From contig OZ244034.1 in assembly GCA_965215185.1 (NCBI GenBank), forward strand, positions 1,408,001 through 1,472,000: DNA of 64,000 nucleotides. Direction: 5' to 3'. How positions within the stretch are numbered: the stretch's first letter is position 1; every line of letters begins with the position of its first letter. The notes beneath the pieces are model-generated. The model had not been told where the DNA came from and made no database searches. It saw nothing but the letters and a program-made list of their open reading frames with translations. Below, one piece after another: positions 59,141-64,000 of this stretch. The stretch comes from Acidimicrobiia bacterium (GTDB taxonomy: Bacteria > Actinomycetota > Acidimicrobiia > Spongiisociales > ZC4RG35). The translations under genes and the position numbers were made by a program.

Positions 59141-59247
59141 GTTCCTTCAAAAGCTATTGACCCAGACCCCCGATGGGGCCAGGGACTACTCGGTCGACTT
59201 GCCCGCCTCGGGGAAATTGTCTTTGGTCGAGAAGATAGGGCTCCCTT

Positions 59248-60393
59248 ATGATCCGCCTTATGACTGCGACCAATATCACATCGGTTCCCACTGTGGGGGA
59301 TGCCCGAAGGGTGGCCGATGTGTTGCCGGGTAGCGTGTTGCTGTTCGGTAGCGTCGCCAAGAACAAGGCCACTTCCCGGTCGGACATCGACCTTCTGGTC
59401 ATCCTCGACCACATAGACAGAGACGACCAGAGGCAACTGTTGATGTATCTGGATCACCTGGAAAACATGGCCTACGAAGTAGACGAGCGGGCGAACATAG
59501 TGGTGATCGACTGGCCGGAGTGGGAATCCCGCCGGAGGGTGCCTCCCAGGGTGGAACACGCAGCCGACGCACACGGCATTTGGTTATGTAGACATTCTCC
59601 CGGACCTTCTGTAGAATGGGGGAAGATGAAAGACATTCGGCAGGAAACTACGGATACTCTGTGTCACCATTTGAGCAACGTTGAAGCCCACCTTAGCCAT
59701 GCGAACAATCAACTACATCCAAACCATGAGGAACGTTATTGCATTAAGACTCGGGACGAAGATTCGTACTGGGGGCAGGTGCGGTTCCGGCTGTCGGCGC
59801 TAAACCACTTTTGCCATGTGGTGCTTGAAGAGTCCCTGTTAGCGCTATGTTGTCTGACCGGACAGCCTTACCATAAGGATCGCCAACACAAGCTGACGAG
59901 AATCTTTGAGCGGCTTCCCGACGAACTGCAACGTGTCATGTTGAACATGGATCCCCCCTTGGACGAAGAGGCCATGGTGTGGATACAGAAGTGGCGGAAT
60001 GTCAGCACTTACGAGGATGCCTTGCGTCTGTCTACCACTCCCGAGACCACCGAGAAGTTGGGATGGGTCGCCTCTGATGTGGCCTCACTCACCCACCAAA
60101 TGGTAGATGTGGCCATCGGAACAACAATCTACGGCGTCTACACAGCCACCATCGCCGACCTAGTAGTTCGCTTCGTGTATATGGAAGCCAACAATGGAAA
60201 ACCCGCGTTTGTTGTCACAAACCAATTGGAGGGCAGGGTAGCAATTATGGGTCGAATAATAGATCGGATGCGCGTAAGGCTATCCACCAAGGAGTGGCTG
60301 TATCCGGGCGGCGTGCCGCCCCACGGGTGGAAATTACCTCCGGCACACCAACCACCCAATGTGTATCTTCCGTGGGGCGAAACCTGGGACTAG
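59248..60393 (+). CDS. minimal nucleotidyltransferase (MNT) fused to HEPN-like domain
   Basis: LFGSVA.....SDIDLLV; then F.H..LE..L.A....G.....HKL..+ helical HEPN-like pattern. Confidence 0.78.
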   Translation: MIRLMTATNITSVPTVGDARRVADVLPGSVLLFGSVAKNKATSRSDIDLLVILDHIDRDDQRQLLMYLDHLENMAYEVDERANIVVIDWPEWESRRRVPPRVEHAADAHGIWLCRHSPGPSVEWGKMKDIRQETTDTLCHHLSNVEAHLSHANNQLHPNHEERYCIKTRDEDSYWGQVRFRLSALNHFCHVVLEESLLALCCLTGQPYHKDRQHKLTRIFERLPDELQRVMLNMDPPLDEEAMVWIQKWRNVSTYEDALRLSTTPETTEKLGWVASDVASLTHQMVDVAIGTTIYGVYTATIADLVVRFVYMEANNGKPAFVVTNQLEGRVAIMGRIIDRMRVRLSTKEWLYPGGVPPHGWKLPPAHQPPNVYLPWGETWD

Positions 60394-60489
60394 GCGGGAC
60401 ACTGCCGCCCTAAATATCTGACACTCACATCAGAGATGTCTGCGCATGCCGCGTTTGGCGGGAATGCCCCTCCGTACATCCCCTCATAG

Positions 60490-60715
60490 ACACACCCTCC
60501 GTCATATAACAACTAGAGCACACCGCGTCGGGAAACACGAGTTCATGTCCCACCCGACCCCGGGGATTCCACATGAGAAAGCCTCGGGCGCATACGTTGA
60601 TTACAGAGTTGATGTCTCTGCATATGGGTAGTCCACACTGTTCGCACCGGAAGATCCGTGCCGAGAGGGGCATCTTCTGGCGATGCCCGCATCGGGAACA
60701 GTCGGTGGAGTCGCC
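60490..60715 (-). pseudogene. IS200/IS605 TnpB 3' remnant (Zn-ribbon, RuvC-III) with downstream end
   Basis: STDCSRCGHRQKMPLSARIFRCEQCG..CRDINS..N. Confidence 0.8.
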
Positions 60716-61099
60716 CGACCTACCCGGGCAAGTGGTGGAAATGGGGGGAAAGCCGCACACGCGGTACATCACCCCCGGCGCCGAGCCGATCATCGCCACT
60801 GCCCGGGTCGCCGTCCTGTGTCCATGGGAGTCGCCCGTCGAACTGGTCGACTCAGGCTTGTCTGAGGAGGAGATAAACGAGAAGGCTCTGATATCCGGCT
60901 CCCTCGAGCAAGCGGCACTCAGGAGGCAGATGTCCCCCTTTCCCGCCAACAAGTCGGTGACTGAGCATCTGTGGACGATCATGCAGACAGACGCCTCTCC
61001 CCTGTCCTCTTTGCCCTGATGCCCGGCCGTGTACGCTTGGCAACTGCGGGTGCGCTTTGAGACCGACGACGGAGGGTCCACCGAGGAATCGTGGGAGAC

Positions 61100-61300
61100 C
61101 ATCCACAAGCGTCAGAAGATGCCCTTGGAAGTGAGGATGTGCCGGTGCGAGCAGTGTGGGCTGGTCATGTGCAGAGACGTCAACTCTGCCGTCAATGTAC
61201 GCGCCCGGGGCTTTCCTACCCATAAACCTCGGGGTCGGGTGGGTCATGACCTGGTGTATCCCGACGCGGTGCGCTATGCAAACCTCTGTTGTAAGACAGT
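61100..61300 (+). pseudogene. second TnpB 3' remnant, inverted relative to the first
   Basis: RQKMPLEVRMCRCEQCG..CRDVNSAVNV. Confidence 0.8.
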
Positions 61301-61615
61301 GATCGGTTCAGGCCGAACGATGCAGGCAGACACCGCAGAACAGTATCACCTAGATGACTCTGTCAACCTAGGTAGACGCAAACCCCCAGAACACGGCCAG
61401 CGGGGTTATCGCTAAGCGAAGAACGCCGTCTAGGCGTTCGGGATCTATCCATCCCGAACCTCCCAACACCACCGCTGTGAACCATACTCCCCACCAACCC
61501 CCCAGCAATTGCTGATCACCTTCGTCTTGCTGCATCCAAGCGGCATGCTCCCGACGGATGCGGGTCCACTCTTTATGTAAGCCCTTTGGCACCATTCCTG
61601 CTTACCCGTGCTCGA

Positions 61616-62568
61616 TCAGGCCTGGACACCGAAGTTATCCGATCGGGCGGTTACCTCCATTACAGCGTCCTCGCTCGGCCGGGGGTACCGGTCGAGCCTT
61701 CTGCGGTCGTGGTGGCGGCTTTTGGCCTGCAACAGTGCCGTGTTCACTGAGTCCTGAGCTAGATGGGTAAGGCAGGGGTGGCGGAGTTGGTGGAGTGTCC
61801 ATCCGCCAACCTGGCTGCCGGCTTCTGTCTGCGCGGTGGCGCGTTTGAAGATCCGGGCGGCGCGGTGGTAGGTCAGCGGGCCAGCCCCGTGCCAGGGCAG
61901 AGATCTCGCGCCGGGAGGATCGCCTGCGGTTTGCGGTGGGTGACGAATACAGACCCCCGGCGACGCCCGGCCAGGTACCGAGGAAGCAGTCGGTCGGTAC
62001 CAGAGGCCCAATGGATACGTTGACGATGCCCACCCTTGCCGATGATGGTCGCTCCGTTGTGGGACAAGTCCAAGTCCTCAATGTTCAACGCCAGGACTTC
62101 GCTGGCCAGTGCTGCGGTCTCGTACAGCATTCGCCACATAGTTTTCTCCCACAGGTCAATATCTCGCCGGCACCAGAGCGGTGCCAAGGTGTCGAGCGGG
62201 ATCGCTTTGGTCTCGTCGCGCTCGATACGCCCCGGCTCGACCCGTACCATCGGCTCGTCGGTGATCCAGTTGCGTCTCTCGCAGAAAGCCATCAACGACC
62301 TAGCCCTGATGCGATGGGTGTTCCAGGTGGACGGCATGGCCCCTCGGTCGTGTCCCCATCGCCGGAGGAACGCCGCCCCGACCGCTTCCGCCTCGATACG
62401 GTTGATCGGGATCTCCCAGCCCAGCTCGTCACCGAGAGCGTCGAGCGTCTGCTGGTAGCCGCGGCGGCTGTTCGGTCGCAGCTCCTTGGCGGCGAAGAAA
62501 GTCTCAACGGCCGTGCGGATCACCGGCCCGCGACGATAGTCGGCCAAGACTGCAACTGGACTGGTCAT
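61616..62568 (-). pseudogene. tyrosine recombinase (XerC/D-like), frameshifted
   Basis: LYETAAL.SE (catalytic R appears as L), GKGG, LHQLRH, H....RY split over two frames near 61880. Confidence 0.85.
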
Positions 62569-62875
62569 TGGTCAAATCCCCTCTTTAGGTCAGATGTTTC
62601 GCTGGGGTCATGCAGAAAGGCTAAATGCGGAACGCCAGCAAGCAGCGCATTGTCGAACCGGTCTAGGACAGATATTGAGGGAATATCTGACCTATTTGGG
62701 CCGAGCCCAGCCCGGTACGGCTCGGAGCATTCTTGTTGACCGACTCCCGGTCCGGACATTGGGAAATGCAGCAGCCTGATGGGCGGTGCCGTCGGCTGTG
62801 GCTTGGCCCTTGGGGTGCATCCGGGCGTTCGGAGGTGGAAGGTCCATATCCGGCCGAAGCCTCTTACGTGAAGAC

Positions 62876-64000
62876 TCATAAGCCAATATCGAAAGCTGTG
62901 GAGCCGTTGGGTCGCAACTGGGGATGGGCTTCGCTTGGGTCGTCCAACCAAGCTGGCGCGTCCCTGGCCGTGGGGCTTTGTAGCGACAAGTCTCTGTCCA
63001 GCCGTGTGATAAGACCGATGACATCGGGTGTTTCGAACACCCGGTAACGTTCCTTGCCGATAGTCCTGACTTTAAGCACACCCGATTCGGTGAGTTGGTT
63101 CACGGCCTGACCGGTAGCCACCGTCGACCGACGGATCATCATGCCAGCCGAGCGAACGGTGAAGATGGGCCAAGCAGCTAACCCACCCAAGAGCAGGTCT
63201 GCTGCGGACCCCTTGCGAACTGGTCCCGCCCGGGAGCGCAGGTCTGCCTCTAGGGAGGACACGGCTTGCAGATAGTTGTGCGCCTCGTGGCAGGCGTCCT
63301 GGGTAGCCTCCGAGAACAGACCCAGCCATTCCTCCGCGCTGTGGTCGCGAGCTGGGTCGTCGGCCGATCCCACATGTCGCCACGCTCTAAGACCCTCGAA
63401 GTAGGCATCGCGGGAGCGGGCCAGCACGGCGCTGATGGGCGGCACAAACGCCGGAGCAACACCCCTCCTCCGGAGAACGGCGTGGATCAAGGCGCGTCCA
63501 ACCCGGCCGTTACCGTCGGCGAACGGGTGAATTGTCTCAAACTGGGCGTGGGCGACTCCCGCTTGCAGCAGCGGCGGAACATCTGATCGGTTCACAAAGG
63601 CCACAAGATCCTCCAGGAGCGCAGGAACTTCCTCAGGTGGAGGAGGAACAAAAGAAGCACCCACCGGCGTGTAGCTCGAAGCACCGATCCAGTTTTGGAC
63701 ATCCCGAACCCAGCCTCCCAAACCAGGATGCGCAGACGCTGCCATCAGCCGCCGGTGCACCTCCAACAGATCGTCCGATCGTAGCGGCCCCCCACCAGAA
63801 GCCAAACGGATCGCTTCTTCCATCGCTTCGATGTTTGCCAACACCTCCACCGCTCGCCGATCCGACGACCGGCTCCCCTCACGGTGTTCGGCCTCCGCTG
63901 TAAGCAACCGCCGCGGGGCAAGCTCGATCTCCTCTATCCTCGACGACGCCATAGCTTCCACCCGCAGCAGCACATGGGAAAAGGTGTCCAACGGGTGGGG
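62876..64000 (-). CDS. Fic family protein, 5' end runs off window
   Basis: HAQFETIHPFADGNGRVGR canonical Fic motif; SS.IE inhibitory-helix-like motif; C-terminal HTH. Confidence 0.93.
   Translation of the reverse strand, partial: PHPLDTFSHVLLRVEAMASSRIEEIELAPRRLLTAEAEHREGSRSSDRRAVEVLANIEAMEEAIRLASGGGPLRSDDLLEVHRRLMAASAHPGLGGWVRDVQNWIGASSYTPVGASFVPPPPEEVPALLEDLVAFVNRSDVPPLLQAGVAHAQFETIHPFADGNGRVGRALIHAVLRRRGVAPAFVPPISAVLARSRDAYFEGLRAWRHVGSADDPARDHSAEEWLGLFSEATQDACHEAHNYLQAVSSLEADLRSRAGPVRKGSAADLLLGGLAAWPIFTVRSAGMMIRRSTVATGQAVNQLTESGVLKVRTIGKERYRVFETPDVIGLITRLDRDLSLQSPTARDAPAWLDDPSEAHPQLRPNGSTAFDIGL

Noticed and set aside
58285-59574. 429-aa minus-strand ORF
   Set aside because: Antisense to the IS1 fragment and MNT gene, no motifs; typical high-GC shadow ORF

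Overview
GC-rich (roughly 60-65%) bacterial chromosome segment. Gene content and synteny point to an actinobacterium, probably Acidimicrobiia (inference): tlyA next to NAD kinase, a MutT1-type NUDIX-phosphatase, an MSMEG_4193/DUF3090/SCO1664 cluster, Nif3/zinc-ribbon/RNase HI, and a TCGAAC-N4-GTTCGA LexA box. Bases 1-54.5 kb are mostly intact housekeeping and catabolic genes: fused E1 alpha/beta dehydrogenase, ABC exporter, imuB-dnaE2 SOS cassette, URC-type uracil operon, three tandem EamA/DMT paralogs, and a mannitol PTS cluster whose Enzyme I carries a C-terminal acylphosphatase domain. Bases 54.5-64 kb are a decayed mobile/defence island with short repeats, IS30, Dam and IS1 fragments, an MNT-HEPN fusion, two inverted TnpB tails, a dead tyrosine recombinase and Fic. 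The best-resolved unusual item is a 1731-bp transposase-less IS607-like element encoding only a large Zn-finger-less TnpB-like RuvC protein. It sits in frame inside an FhuF-like gene whose empty site can be rebuilt exactly, giving testable TAM and guide predictions. No rRNA, tRNA or CRISPR array was recognised. All family calls come from motifs read by eye; no searches were run.
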